The translations under genes and the position numbers were made by a program. DNA of 64,000 bases from an uncultured Planctomycetaceae bacterium (lineage in GTDB: Bacteria > Planctomycetota > Planctomycetia > Isosphaerales > Isosphaeraceae), in assembly GCA_963833985.1 (NCBI GenBank), contig CAWIAD010000001.1, positions 2,496,001 through 2,560,000 on the forward strand, given 5' to 3'. Below, piece after piece: positions 10,672-23,264 of the stretch (position 1 is the stretch's first letter; each line of letters begins with the position of its first letter). The notes below the pieces were generated by a model, which did not search any database, was not told where the DNA came from, and worked only from the letters and a program-made list of their open reading frames with translations.

Positions 10672-12568
10672 ATGCTCGATCTTGCACTGGCCGTCTTCCT
10701 GGCGCTGATCGCGGCCGGTATCGGCAAGCGCCTGCTGAGCTGGCTCGGCGAGCTTCCCGGCCATCCGCTCGACGCGCTGGCCCTGGCTGCCCCGCTGGGT
10801 CTGGGGCTTCTGGCCCTGTGTGAGCTGCTGCTGGGTCAGTGCGGCTGGCTGAACCTGGTGGGCCTGGCGGTGCTCCTGGCGGTGGCGACCGAACTGGGCC
10901 TGCTGGCAGGCGTGCGCCTGCTTGGCGCGCTGGCCGGCACGCGTAAAGGGTACCCGCAAGAGGGATCTTCACCACTCCCGGCGATTGATCGGGTGATGCT
11001 CGTTTTCCTGGCTCTCACACTGGCCGCGACGGCGATGGCGGCGATGGCTCCGGTCACCGATGGTGACGCACTCTGCTATCACCTTCAAGTGCCCAAGGTC
11101 TTCCTGGTGCGCCAGGCTGTCTATTTCGACCCGGACCTGCACGAGACGGTCTATCCGCTGGTGACCGAACTGCTCTACGCGATGGCCCTGGAATTCCGCG
11201 GGCCGGTGGCCTGCCGCTGTCTCCAGTGGGTGCTCGGCCTGGTATTCGCCGCCGGCGTGGCCGCGCTGGCCCGTCCCACGCTGGGACGCCGGGCGTGGTG
11301 GGCCGCGACCCTGGCCCTGCTCGTCCCGGCCATCAGCAACGGTATGGCCGCGCCGCTCAATGACGTCTCGCTGGCGGCGTTCGGCGTGGCGGCGCTGCTG
11401 GCCTGGACGCGGTTTGTCGAACGGCCGTCCCGCGCGTCGCTGCTGGTGGCGGGAACGTTCATGGGTCTGGCCCTGGGTGTCAAGTACCCGGCGCTGGTGC
11501 TGGCCGGGATGCTCACAGCCGCCACGCTCTTGCGCCGCTCTACGACCCGGGCTGGCGCACCCGGCGCGGGGTGGTCCGGCGCTTGCGGCAGGTACGGGCT
11601 TCCTGGCGGCCGCCTTGCTGGTGGGCGGCGTCTGGTATCTGAGGGCCTACGTCTCCACGGGCAATCCGGTGTATCCCTTCTTCAGAAGCACGTTTGGCGG
11701 CGCCGGGCTGGATGAGGTGCTGGCACCCATCAAACGTCCGCTGTCGCCTGGCGTCTGGAAGCTGCTGGGCGCGATCGTGCCGCTGACGCTCGAGCCCGAC
11801 CGATTTGATAGCTTCGCGCACCAGTTCGGGCCATGCTTCCTGCTCTTCTTGCCGGCACTCTTGATGGAGCGTGCTCCCCGGCGTGTGCTCGGCCTGGCGG
11901 GTATTGGCTACGCCTTCCTGGTCCTGTGCATGACGCAGCGCCAGAGCATGCGGTTCCTGCTCTTCGCGGTCGGGCCAATGTCGGTAGGGATCGCCTACCT
12001 GGCCACACGCTGGTCTCAGCGACGGACGCGGCCGGCGTGGGTCCTGATGATGGCGCTCATGCTCGTTCTGGGCATGGAGACAGGTCTTTCGCTGACGCGT
12101 GGCTGCCGCGCCGCGGCGGTGGTGCTCGGCCGGGAGAGCTTCGCCGAGTTCCTCCGCCGCAAGGAGCCCACCTTCCGGGTAGGGCGCTGGATCGCCCGCA
12201 ACCTGCCTGAGTCGGCACGGGTGATCGGGCAGGATCACCGCGGGTTCTACATCCCCCGCGGCTACACCATGGAACTGGCCCACAGGCGGCGGACAGGGCT
12301 AGGCCAGAACCACGAGAGTTCGGGGCAGGTTGTGGACGAGCTCAAGAAAGAGGGGTACACGCATCTGATGATGTGCCCGCCGGTGGAGAAAGACTCCGTC
12401 GAGTTCGACCCCACTCTGGGCCATTTGCTCTCGCCCTGGCTGGCCGGCCACACTCCGCTGTACCACGAAGACCTGGCCGACCCCGACGGAGTCGTCCGGA
12501 GGTATGCCATTTACGGTCTTTCCGACGAGACCGCGACCGTCCCGGATCCGGAGAAGGTACGGCGATGA
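10672..12568 (+). CDS. Multi-TM GT-C (ArnT/PMT-like) glycosyltransferase, frameshift near 11535
   Basis: DGDALCYHLQVPK, ALGVKY and WYLRAYVSTGNPVYPF; two overlapping hydrophobic ORFs join into one protein. Confidence 0.75.
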
Positions 12569-12635
12569 GCCCGCGCTGGCGGATCCTGCCCGTGCGGGAG
12601 CCATTCAATGCCGACGAGGGCAGGGGCGGTGGGAA

Positions 12636-13563
12636 ATGAGCCCGCGGCAGCCAACGCTCGGGGAACTGCGCGGTCGTCCAGAAACAGAGGCACCGCGAGA
12701 TCGGCAACTGGCTGGCGCGCCGCATCGGGCGGCCGACGGCCGTCTACGGCACCTGGTTGGCCGTGCGGCTTGGGCTTTCGGCTCACCAGGTCACGGCGGC
12801 CGCGCTGGCGGCGAGCCTGGCGGGAGCTGCGGCCATCGCCACAGGCAGTCGGGGCGGCTTCATCGCGGGGGTCACCCTGGCGCACCTGGGCTTCTGGCTG
12901 GACCACGTGGACGGCCAGGTGGCGCGATGGCGCGGCACCGTCTCCCTGGACGGCGTCTACTTCGATTACGTGATGCATCACGTGGTCAACCTGGCGCTGG
13001 GCTTCGCTCTGGGTTTCGGCCTGGCCAGCCGGTCTGGCCAGCCGCTCTGGGCCGTCGCCGGGTTCGCGACCGCGGTTGGCTGGGCGATCCTGAGCTTGCA
13101 CAATGACTGCCGGTACAAGGCCGTCTTTCAAAGGCTCAAGAGCAGCCAGCAGCGGTACATCGTTGCCGGCGGCAGTGGCGGAAGGCCCGCGCCGCCGGCC
13201 CCGTGGCCGAAGCAGGGGTCAGGGATGCTGAGCTGGCCGCTCTACAAGCTGTGCGAGCCCCATGCGGTGCTCGCGGGGCTCACGGCACTCGCCCTGCTGG
13301 CGCCCTGTGCGGAGTCGCTCTGGGAGACATGCTGGCGCGGCGCCGCGCTGGGGATGGCCCTACTCGCACCCGTGCTCGGGGCTGCGAGGGTGGTCCGTTC
13401 CATCCGGCGAGGGTCCGCCGAGGCAGAGTTCTCCGCGTGGTTCCGCCTCTGCGGTGAAGAGGCACGAGGCACGCCTACCGGGTGGTTTCCCACCCACCCC
13501 CTGGACAGCCGCACTGCCGGCGTTGTATCACCAAGCGAGGCGTGCGATCCCTCCGCGGCCTGA
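12636..13563 (+). CDS. CDP-alcohol phosphotransferase family protein, frameshift near 12677
   Basis: LSAHQVT and DHVDGQVARWRGTVSLDGVYFD signature. Confidence 0.85.
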
Positions 13564-13602
13564 GGGCTGCGCCGATTCCAGAAGTCTCGTGGGGACTTGA
13601 CG

Positions 13603-14709
13603 ATGCCGGGAGCCGAGCTGGACAGCCAGGCGCACCTGCCATCCTGGCCATCCCATCGTGCGCCGGGTATCGGCGTGGTGGGCGCGGGGTTCATCGTGCG
13701 TGATTGCCACCTGGTGGCGTACCAGCAAGCGGGGTTCCACGTCCTGGGAATCACCTCGCGCAGCCAGGAGCGAGCTCACGAGGTGGCCCGCGAGCGCGGA
13801 GTTCCGCGCGTCTACCCGTCGCTGGAGGCCATGCTCGAGGAGCCGGCGATCGAGGTCGTGGACATCGCGGTGCCACCGGCCGAGCAGCCGGCCGTGATCC
13901 GCCGCGTGCTGGCGGCACCGGGTCGGGTGCGCGGCATCCTGGCGCAGAAGCCGCTGGCACTCACGCTCCAGGACGCGCGGCTGCTGGTGAACGAGTGTGC
14001 CGTGGCCGGCGTGCGGCTCCAGGTCAACCAGAACATGCGCTACGACCATTCCGTCCGGGCGCTCAGGCACCTGCTGGACCGCGGAGTGCTCGGCCAGCCG
14101 GTGCTGGCCACCATCGAGATGAGGGCGGTCCCGCACTGGATGCCGTGGGCGCGTGAGGGCCGCTCGCTCTCCACCTTCATCATGAGCATCCACCATCTGG
14201 ACACGTTCCGCTACTGGCTCGGTGATCCGCTCCGCGTGCTGGCGAGCACGGGCCGGGACCCCAGGACCGAGTTCGCGCACGTGGACGGCATCAATCTCAC
14301 CATCCTGGAGTACGACTCGGGAGCCCGGGCCTCGAGCTGGGACGACGTCTGGTGTGGCCCGATCCAGGAAGGTGCCGCCGCCGACATCGGTATCCGCTGG
14401 CGGTTCGAGGGCACGGACGGACTGGCTCTGGGGACGATCGGCTGGCCCGGCTGGCCCCGGCACGTTCCCAGCACGCTGGACTACTCGACGCGGCAAGACG
14501 ACGGGCTCTGGCACAGTCCCCGATGGACCGAGTCATGGTTTCCCGACGCCTTCGCGGGGACCATGGCCGGGCTGCTCTGTGCCCTTGAGGAGAATGCGGA
14601 ACCCGACATCTCGGGACGCGACAACCTTGGCACCATGGCCCTGTGCGAGGCCGTCTTCACTGCCGCGACGGAACACCGCATGGTACGATTCGACGAGTTT
14701 CGCCCATAA
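13603..14709 (+). CDS. Gfo/Idh/MocA NAD(P)-dependent oxidoreductase
   Basis: GVVGAGFI, LAQKPLA, VNQNMRY, SIHHLD. Confidence 0.9.
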   Translation: MPGAELDSQAHLPSWPSHRAPGIGVVGAGFIVRDCHLVAYQQAGFHVLGITSRSQERAHEVARERGVPRVYPSLEAMLEEPAIEVVDIAVPPAEQPAVIRRVLAAPGRVRGILAQKPLALTLQDARLLVNECAVAGVRLQVNQNMRYDHSVRALRHLLDRGVLGQPVLATIEMRAVPHWMPWAREGRSLSTFIMSIHHLDTFRYWLGDPLRVLASTGRDPRTEFAHVDGINLTILEYDSGARASSWDDVWCGPIQEGAAADIGIRWRFEGTDGLALGTIGWPGWPRHVPSTLDYSTRQDDGLWHSPRWTESWFPDAFAGTMAGLLCALEENAEPDISGRDNLGTMALCEAVFTAATEHRMVRFDEFRP

Positions 14710-14876
14710 TAGGACTGGGGTTCCGGCCGGGTGGGCATTGGATATGCCCGGCGCGTACGATGGCCGGGCAATTCCGTCCGGGTCGATCGGGGCAACCGCA
14801 AATCGGCAGCGCTCTGGAATACGCATCCTGCCGGGAAGGCCTGCGGGCTGGCCCCGGCGCACTAACGGAAGCATTC

Positions 14877-16526
14877 GTGCTCTTAACTCCTGGTCATCCA
14901 CTTATCGCCGCCATCCTTCCGCTCTCCGCTGTCGCGGTCGGAAGTTCGATCTGGCAGCCGCTGATGTTGATCGGGCTGCTGGTGATCATGAGCGGCTCCG
15001 GTATAGCGCTCTGGCGGCTGCGAAAGCGTCATAGCGACCTGTCGATCGATCTGGAAGCGGTGGCCGCCGAGCGCCGCCGGGCCGTGAAGGCCCTGCGTGA
15101 GACCGAGGTTTTTTACCATTCCCTGGTGGAGACCCTGCCGCAGAATATCCTGCGCAAGGACCTTGACGGCAAGTTTACCTTCGCGAACCAGCGGTTCTGT
15201 CATGACCTGGGGCGGAAGCTCGAGGACATCCTGGGCAAGACCGATTTCGACTTCGCGCCCCGCGAGCTGGCGGAGAAATACCGCCGCGACGATCGCTGGG
15301 TCATCGACAGCGGCCAGGTGCTCGATGTCGTCGAGGAGCACGTCACCCCGCAGGGCGAAACCCTGTACGTCCAGGTGATGAAGACCCCGCTCCTCTCGCA
15401 TGATGGCAAGCCCATCGGCATCCAGGGCATCTTCTGGGATGTGACGGCGCGGATCCGCGCCGAGCAGCAGCTCAAGGAGCAGAATTTGATGCTCCAGGAG
15501 CTGGCCGACTCGGAGCGGAAGGCTCACGAAGCGCTCAAGAACACCCAGAGCCGGCTGGTGCAGACGGAAAAGATGGCCAGCCTCGGGAACCTCGTGGCGG
15601 GCGTCGCACACGAGATCAACAATCCGCTGTCGTTCGTGAGCAACAACGTGGCCGTACTGGAGCGCGATCTCGGCGACCTGCTGCGGCTGGTCGAGCTCTA
15701 TCGCCGGGCCGATGGCGAACTTCATAAGGTGCACCCAGAACTCATGTCCGGCATCAAGGACCTGGGCGACCGGATCGACCTGGAATACAGTCTGTCGAAT
15801 ATGCCCAGGCTCATCGAACGGACCCGTGAGGGCTTGCGGCGCATCGAGCGCATCGTCAAGGAGCTGCGGCTCTTCGCCCGCGTGGACGAGGGCGAATGGA
15901 ACGAGGTCGACCTCAATCCGGGCATCGAGTCGTCGATCAACATGGTCAAGGGCTACGCCCGCAAGCGCGGGGTGCGCATCGTGATGGACCTGGGCGCCCT
16001 GCCCACCATCCGCTGCCGTGCCGCCAGGATCCACCAGGTCATCGTCAACCTGCTCACCAACGCCATCGACGCCTGCGCGGCGGAGACCGGCGTGGTCACC
16101 GTGCACACCGAGACCGAACCCGAGATCATGGGCGTGCGCATCGACATCCAGGACAATGGCTGCGGAATCTCCGAGGCGATCCGCGAGCGCATCTTCGACC
16201 CGTTCTTCACGACCAAGCCGGTGGGCCAGGGGACCGGCCTCGGTCTGAGCATCAGCTACGGCATCATCGAGGAGCACAACGGGCGGATCGAGGTTCAGTC
16301 CGCGCCGGGAACCGGTGCGCGGTTCACCATCCATCTGCCCATCGAACCCCGGCGCAAGAGCCACGTTGAGCCCGAACAAGCTCGCGGTGAGCAGGACGAA
16401 GCGGACGTAGAGTTGGACGCGCAGGTTGACGGCGCACCGGCGTCTCCGGCGGTTCCCGAGCCAGCGGTCGCCGCGCCCGGATTGCCCGCACCGCAGACCG
16501 CACCCTCCGGAGAACGGGCGACATGA
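14877..16526 (+). CDS. PAS-domain sensor histidine kinase (NtrB-like)
   Basis: TM segment, PAS/PAC (GKTDFD, GIFWDVT), H-box AHEINNP, N box, [20 protein letters not shown]; start uncertain. Confidence 0.92.
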   Translation: MLLTPGHPLIAAILPLSAVAVGSSIWQPLMLIGLLVIMSGSGIALWRLRKRHSDLSIDLEAVAAERRRAVKALRETEVFYHSLVETLPQNILRKDLDGKFTFANQRFCHDLGRKLEDILGKTDFDFAPRELAEKYRRDDRWVIDSGQVLDVVEEHVTPQGETLYVQVMKTPLLSHDGKPIGIQGIFWDVTARIRAEQQLKEQNLMLQELADSERKAHEALKNTQSRLVQTEKMASLGNLVAGVAHEINNPLSFVSNNVAVLERDLGDLLRLVELYRRADGELHKVHPELMSGIKDLGDRIDLEYSLSNMPRLIERTREGLRRIERIVKELRLFARVDEGEWNEVDLNPGIESSINMVKGYARKRGVRIVMDLGALPTIRCRAARIHQVIVNLLTNAIDACAAETGVVTVHTETEPEIMGVRIDIQDNGCGISEAIRERIFDPFFTTKPVGQGTGLGLSISYGIIEEHNGRIEVQSAPGTGARFTIHLPIEPRRKSHVEPEQARGEQDEADVELDAQVDGAPASPAVPEPAVAAPGLPAPQTAPSGERAT

Positions 16527-17346
16527 AGCTGGGACTGATCAACTCGGCCTGGGTCCAGTCCGGCCGGGATACCGCCTACGGCATCGCCAGGACTCGCGAG
16601 CTGGGCTTTGACGCCATTGACATCTTCGCCGACCCGCTCGATATCGACGCCCAGGAGCGCTCGCTCATCCGCACCGCGTGCCAGGCCGCCGGCCTGCCAA
16701 TCATCAGCGTCGCCTGCGTGGCCGTCGGTCTCATCGATTTTAACCCCAGCGTGCAGCAGTTCCACGTCGGCCGTGTGAATGCCTACCTGGAGATGGCCCA
16801 CGAGTTCCAGGCCAGGAATCTACTGCTGGTGCTGGGCGAATACATCTGGCAGAAGGAAGTGATCCCCGCGGAGCAGCAGTGGGCCACCGCTGTGCGGCAC
16901 GTCCGGGCCGTGGGCGACCGTGCCCGCGCTCTGGGACTGGAGATTGCGCTGGAGCTGGAACCCTTCACGCTCTCGCTTCTGAACGACGTCCCCAGCATGC
17001 TGCGGTTCCTCGACGAGGTCGGTCACCCGGCGGTGATGGCCAATCTCGATATCTCGCACCTGGCGCTGGCCCGTCAGGATCCGTCGTCGATCGATTCCCT
17101 GCGCGGTCGTGTGGCGCACGTGCACATCTCGGACTGCGACGGCAAGGTGCATGGCGACCTGCCGCCTGGCAGGGGAGTGGTTGACTTCCCGCCCTATCTG
17201 GAAGCGATCCAGCGTCTGGGTATCGATGACCGGACGATCTCGGTGGAGCTGGAATACTCACCGGACCCCGAGCACATCGTCGAGTGGGTGGCCGAGGCGT
17301 ATGAGCAGACCGCCGCGCTCGATGCGCAGCCGGTTTGCGGCCATGA
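16523..17346 (+). CDS. Sugar phosphate isomerase/epimerase (TIM barrel); terminal frameshift near 17325
   Basis: ELEP, NLDISH, HVHISD, HGDLPPGRG, SVELE; the likely real stop overlaps the next ATG (ATGA 17343-17346). Confidence 0.85.
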
Positions 17347-19072
17347 GCTCCCCCTGGCCTCGTCTTGGCGCCGCCTGCCTGTTGACGGCGTTATGGCTCC
17401 TGGTCGGTTGGCCGCTCGGGGCCACGGTCCTGGAGGCGACCCGGGCACCGGCGCGGCTAACCGCGGCGCTCTCCGACGCCGGGCTGGAAGACTGGGCCGG
17501 ATGGGTCCGGCGTACCTGGAACATCGAGCCGGAACCAGCCTCCGGCAGCGTGCTCGATCCGGCCGCGACCGCCAGCTTGCTCCGCCCGGATCGAAGCCTG
17601 AGCCGGCCGGCACGGCTGGCGCTGGAGACGCTCACCCTTGTGCTCATCACCGAGGCCCTGGCGCTGCCGCCGGGAATCTTGCTGGCCCTGATACTCTTTC
17701 GCACGGATGCCCGGGGCAGGGGGCTGCTGCTGGGAACTCTCGCCATCGCACTCTTCGTGCCGCTGCCGTTGCACGCGACGGCGTGGCTGGGCGCGTTCGG
17801 TAACGCGGGCCGGATGCAGGCCTTCGGGCTCCAGCCCATTCTCGTGGGACGCCTGGGCGCGGCCGTCGTGCATGCGCTGGCGGCGTTGCCCTGGATTGTC
17901 TTCCTCGTGGGGCTGGGACTGCGCACCGTCGAGCCGGAGCTGGAGCAATCCGCCACACTGGAGCTCCCCCCGTGGCGAGTGGCCTTCCAGGTCACGTTGC
18001 GCCGCTCCGCCGGGGCGATCGCCGCGGCCGCGGTGGCCGTCGCGGTGCTCACGGCGGGCGACATGACCGTGACCGACCTCTTGCAGGTACGTACCTACGC
18101 CGAGGAAGCCTACGTCCAGTTCACGCTCGGCCGGGGCCCCGCCGACGCGGCCGTGGTGTCAGTGCCTCCACTCCTGGTTCTCGGCGGCGCCATCCTCTGG
18201 ATCGCCCGCTCGCTGGGCCGGGCGGACCCGGCACGGCTGGCTTCGGCCTTCACGCACGCCCGGCTCTGGGAGCTGGGACGCTGGCGAACGAGAGTGGGCC
18301 TGGCGCTGCTCTTTCTCGTCGGCAACCTCGCGGCCTTGCCCCTCTATAGCCTGGTCTGGCGCGCCGGCCGCGTCGGCGGGCGGGCGCGCGCCGGACTGCC
18401 GCCCATATGGTCGCCTGGCGGACTGTGGGGCACGCTCGGCTTCGCCGCTTCCGAGTGTCTGGAGCCCATCCAGAATAGCCTGGTCCTGGCCGCCTGCGCC
18501 GCGACGATTGTGACCGCGCTCGCCTGGGGACTGGCCTGGATGAGCCGCAACTCCGTCTTCTGGAAGGTCACGTTGCTGGGCACCCTCGCCCTGACTCTGG
18601 CCGCACCCGGTCCGGTCGCCGGCATGGCGCTGGACTCGCTTACCGCTGGTTTCCCGGCATTTACGACTCGCCAGAGATCGTGATCATGGCCCAGGCCGTC
18701 CGCACTCTTCCGTACGCGATCCTCATTCTCTGGCCCGCTCTGCGCGTGCTGCCGACCGAGCTGCTCGAATCCGCCGTGCTGGACGGCCACGGCCCGGCCG
18801 GGCTGGTGTGGTCTGTGGCCTTGCCGCTCTCGTGGCGAGCCATCCTCGCCGCCTGGTGCGTCACCTTCGTGCTTGGCTTCGGCGAGCTGCCGGCCACGAA
18901 CCTGCTTCAGCCCCCCGGCGTGACGACCATCACCTTCCGCATCTGGACCCTGTTGCACACGGGCGTGGAAAGCCACCTGGCCGGAGTCGCCCTGGTCACC
19001 TTGAGCGTCCTGGCCATCGCGGCGATTGGACCGGTCATCGGCCTGAGACTTCTCCTGGCGCCTGGGCGCTGA
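17343..19072 (+). CDS. Fe3+/thiamine-type ABC transporter permease (two TM domains), frameshift near 18637
   Basis: Two EAA-like loops (ELEQSATLE, ELLESAVLDG), FGELPAT, many TM helices. Confidence 0.8.
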
Positions 19073-19123
19073 GCGGCGCCGCGCCTTTTCCAGCGGGGTC
19101 GGTGAGACGAGTGGAATCCCGCG

Positions 19124-20641
19124 TCACGCTGCCGCGGTGCTCGCCGGGTTGGACAGGGTGTCGAGCACGTTCTGGGCCGTGGTCTCGGCGGCGCGGATGC
19201 AGTCCGGAATGCCGACGCCGTCGAACGCGATGCCGGTGAGAAAGAGCCGCGGGTAACGGACGAGCTTGCGGCGGATCGCCTCCACGCGCTCCAGGTGGCC
19301 AAGAACATACTGGGGCATTGCCCGCGCGTGGCGAGCGATCTGGAACAGGAGCGGGTCGCCCTGCACGCCAATCAGGGAGGAAAGTTCCTGAGTGACCAGG
19401 TCGCGGATCGCAGCATCGTCCAGATCGAACAACTCGGGCTGCGTCGCGCCCCCGATGAAGACTCGCAAGAGCACCGTGCCGGCCGGCGCTCGATCCGGGA
19501 ACTTGACGCTGGAAAACGAGGCCGCCAGGATCGAGCGGTTCTCGATGGCCGGCACGACGACGCCGAATCCGTCGAGCGGGTGCTGCACCTGGTCGCGGCG
19601 ATAGGCCACGCTGGTGATGACCGACGAGGCATACGGAATGGCCCGGAGCTGGAGCGCCAGGGCCGGGTCCTCGGAGTCGATCATCCGTGCTGTCGCGTGC
19701 GCCTCGGTGGTCATGATGACCGCATCGGCCTCCAGCGGCGGGCCGTCCAAAAGCTCAACCAGCCAGGGCGACACGGCTCCGTTGCGGGTGATCCGGCGCA
19801 CGGGGCAATTCGTGCGCACGGTTCCCGGCGGCAGGGCGGACGCGAGGGTGCGCGGCAAGGTGTCCATGCCATCGGCCAGGGTGACGAACATCCCGTAACG
19901 GGCCCCCGATGCCTGGAGTTCGAGCGCGTGGGCGGACCGGTCCTGCGCTCGCTGATGCCTGGCTGCGCGGATCAGACTGCCGTGCTCGCGCTCCATCGCC
20001 TGGAACTGCGGAAGCGTCGCCTTCATGCTCAGGTCGTTGGGGTCGCCCGTGTAGATGCCGCCCACCAGAGGCTGGACCAGACGATCAAGCGCCTCGCGTC
20101 CCAGCCGGCGACGTACGAACGCGGCGAGGCTCTCCTCGTTGTCGTCATCGCGGCGTGGAACCACTAGGTCGAGCAACACCCGCAGCTTGCCGCGCCAGGA
20201 GAGCACGGGGGTGGTCAAAATGGGCACGAGGCGGTGCGGGGCCATGAGCACGAAGCCCTCGGGTACCGGCACCAGTTGCCCTTTGCGGACCACGAACGAG
20301 CGGCGATGACTGGGGTCGGTCTCTCTGAGCTGCTCGCCCAGGCCCAGCCGCTTGCAGAGATCAATACCCCAGGGCTTGTTGGTGATGAACGAGTCGGGAC
20401 CACCCTCGAGTGTGAACCCGCCCGAGCGCTCGGTCCAGATCACGCCGCCCACGCGGTCTTTCGCCTCCAGCACCACCACCTCGACCGCCCGCCGTTCGGC
20501 CGTCGCCAGCTCGGAGATGCGATGCGCCAGGGCGAGCCCGGAAAGTCCGCCGCCGACAACCACCACGCGATCGGCTGTCCTGGAGCTCGCATTGCGCTCG
20601 ACCAAGTTGCCTATCTCCTTGCGCACAGGCCGATTCCTCAC
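19124..20641 (-). CDS. hemG: Protoporphyrinogen/coproporphyrinogen oxidase (HemY type)
   Basis: VVGGGLSGL, EGGPDSF, GGIYTGD, AMPQY, GVGIPDC. Confidence 0.93.
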   Translation of the reverse strand: MRNRPVRKEIGNLVERNASSRTADRVVVVGGGLSGLALAHRISELATAERRAVEVVVLEAKDRVGGVIWTERSGGFTLEGGPDSFITNKPWGIDLCKRLGLGEQLRETDPSHRRSFVVRKGQLVPVPEGFVLMAPHRLVPILTTPVLSWRGKLRVLLDLVVPRRDDDNEESLAAFVRRRLGREALDRLVQPLVGGIYTGDPNDLSMKATLPQFQAMEREHGSLIRAARHQRAQDRSAHALELQASGARYGMFVTLADGMDTLPRTLASALPPGTVRTNCPVRRITRNGAVSPWLVELLDGPPLEADAVIMTTEAHATARMIDSEDPALALQLRAIPYASSVITSVAYRRDQVQHPLDGFGVVVPAIENRSILAASFSSVKFPDRAPAGTVLLRVFIGGATQPELFDLDDAAIRDLVTQELSSLIGVQGDPLLFQIARHARAMPQYVLGHLERVEAIRRKLVRYPRLFLTGIAFDGVGIPDCIRAAETTAQNVLDTLSNPASTAAA

Positions 20642-20971
20642 AGGCGTAGCTGCTCAGGGCTCTCGGAAGTCGTCGTCACGGATGCGTTCCATCTGGCTAG
20701 CATTTCTCTTCCGTAAAATCAATGCTACCCGTAACTTCACCCGGGTGATCCAAGATAAACTTCCATGTCGCCGGTTCCGCACAATATGATCAGTGCATGC
20801 AGAATGCCAGCCCAGTCGACCCAGTCATTCTAACAGTCTGCCAAAGCGCTTGCCATCACCGCAGAATAAAGCAAGCGTCACATGAGACGTCTCGACCCGG
20901 CGTCGCCTGCGCGCCGGTTTGGACCGAGGCAGGATTTCGGTAGCGACGAACGGCGCTCAACCGAGCTCAGC

Positions 20972-22063
20972 TCACCGGCTGGAGATTTCGTGAACCAGAT
21001 CCACCAGTGCCCGAACGTTTTCAACCGGGGTCTGAGGCAGGATCCCGTGGCCCAGGTTGAAGATGTGGCCCGGACGTCCGCCCGCCTGGTCAAGGATGTG
21101 CTGGGTCTGCCGTTTGATCTCCGGCCATCCCGCCAGAAGGACCACTGGATCGAGGTTCCCTTGCACGGCCACCCCGGAACCAAGCCGCTGCCATGATTCG
21201 GCCAGATCGACCCGCCAGTCCAGCCCGATCACCGATCCGCCGGCGTCACGTTGCATCTCCAGCAGTGACCCCGTGCCCGTGCCGAAATGGATGGCTGGGA
21301 CAGCAGGGTCGAGCGCACCGAAAAGTCGGGTCATGTGCGGCTGCACGAATCGCTGGTAGTCCATCGGACCAAGCGATCCCACCCAGCTATCGAAAAGCTG
21401 TACGGCCTGCGCCCCGGCGGCAATTTGCGAGTTCAGGTAAAGAGCGGTCGCCTTCACAAAATGCGTCATGAGCGCGTCCCAGGCCCCCTGATCGCGGTAC
21501 ATGAAGGACTTGGCGGTTTCATAGTGCCGCGATCCCCCCCCCTCGATGGCATAGCAGGCCAGCGTGAACGGAGCCCCGGCGAAGCCGATGAGTGGAGTGG
21601 ACGGCGGCAACGCCGCCCGGATGGACGTGACGGCCTCGTACACAAAGGAAAGCGGCGAAGGGTCTTCCATCGGACAAACACGGTCGACGTCGCACGCTTC
21701 CCGGATCGGGTTATGAATTACCGGACCCTCGCCCCGCGCAAACTCGAGGTGAAACCCCAGCGGTTCCAGGATCAACAGGATGTCGGCGAAGAGGATGGCG
21801 GCATCCACCTTGAGGATTTCGGCGGCGGTGACTGTCACTTCCGTGGCCAGTTCAGGACGCTTGCAAAGTTCCAGGAATGAGACCTTTGAGCGGATGGCGC
21901 GGTACTCGGACATGTAACGGCCTGCCTGCCGCATGAGCCAGATCGGCGTCACCTCAGTCGGCAGCCGGCGGCAGGCCCGCAGGAACGGGCTGTGCACGGA
22001 CACATCCTGCTTCGTACCGAGAGGCACGCTGGGTGAGGGTTCCGGCATGGCGTCTTCACTCAA
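20972..22063 (-). CDS. hemE: Uroporphyrinogen decarboxylase
   Basis: PIWLMRQAGRY, AAILFADIL, GFAGAPFTL, QGNLDP, FNLGHG. Confidence 0.97.
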   Translation of the reverse strand: MSEDAMPEPSPSVPLGTKQDVSVHSPFLRACRRLPTEVTPIWLMRQAGRYMSEYRAIRSKVSFLELCKRPELATEVTVTAAEILKVDAAILFADILLILEPLGFHLEFARGEGPVIHNPIREACDVDRVCPMEDPSPLSFVYEAVTSIRAALPPSTPLIGFAGAPFTLACYAIEGGGSRHYETAKSFMYRDQGAWDALMTHFVKATALYLNSQIAAGAQAVQLFDSWVGSLGPMDYQRFVQPHMTRLFGALDPAVPAIHFGTGTGSLLEMQRDAGGSVIGLDWRVDLAESWQRLGSGVAVQGNLDPVVLLAGWPEIKRQTQHILDQAGGRPGHIFNLGHGILPQTPVENVRALVDLVHEISSR

Positions 22064-22277
22064 AAACGGGATGATCGTGCGGAGCCAGGTTCATTCTAGC
22101 TTCCCGGCGACCGCACGACGAATTCCGTCCCGCTTCGTGCGTAGAATGAGAAGTGAGTGGATCCGCGGGGAATTTGCACCTCCCTGGTGCGATGCAGCGG
22201 ATCGGGTCATGTTTTTGATCGAAGCGGTCCGGCCCATCCACGCACCGGATTCCAAAGCAGTCCTGAGAAAGTTATCC

Positions 22278-23260
<983 letters not shown>

Positions 23261-23264
<4 letters not shown>

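Noticed and set aside
16523..17803. Isomerase with long C-terminal extension or fusion to the permease
   Set aside because: Explained by one indel just before an ATGA stop/start overlap at 17343.
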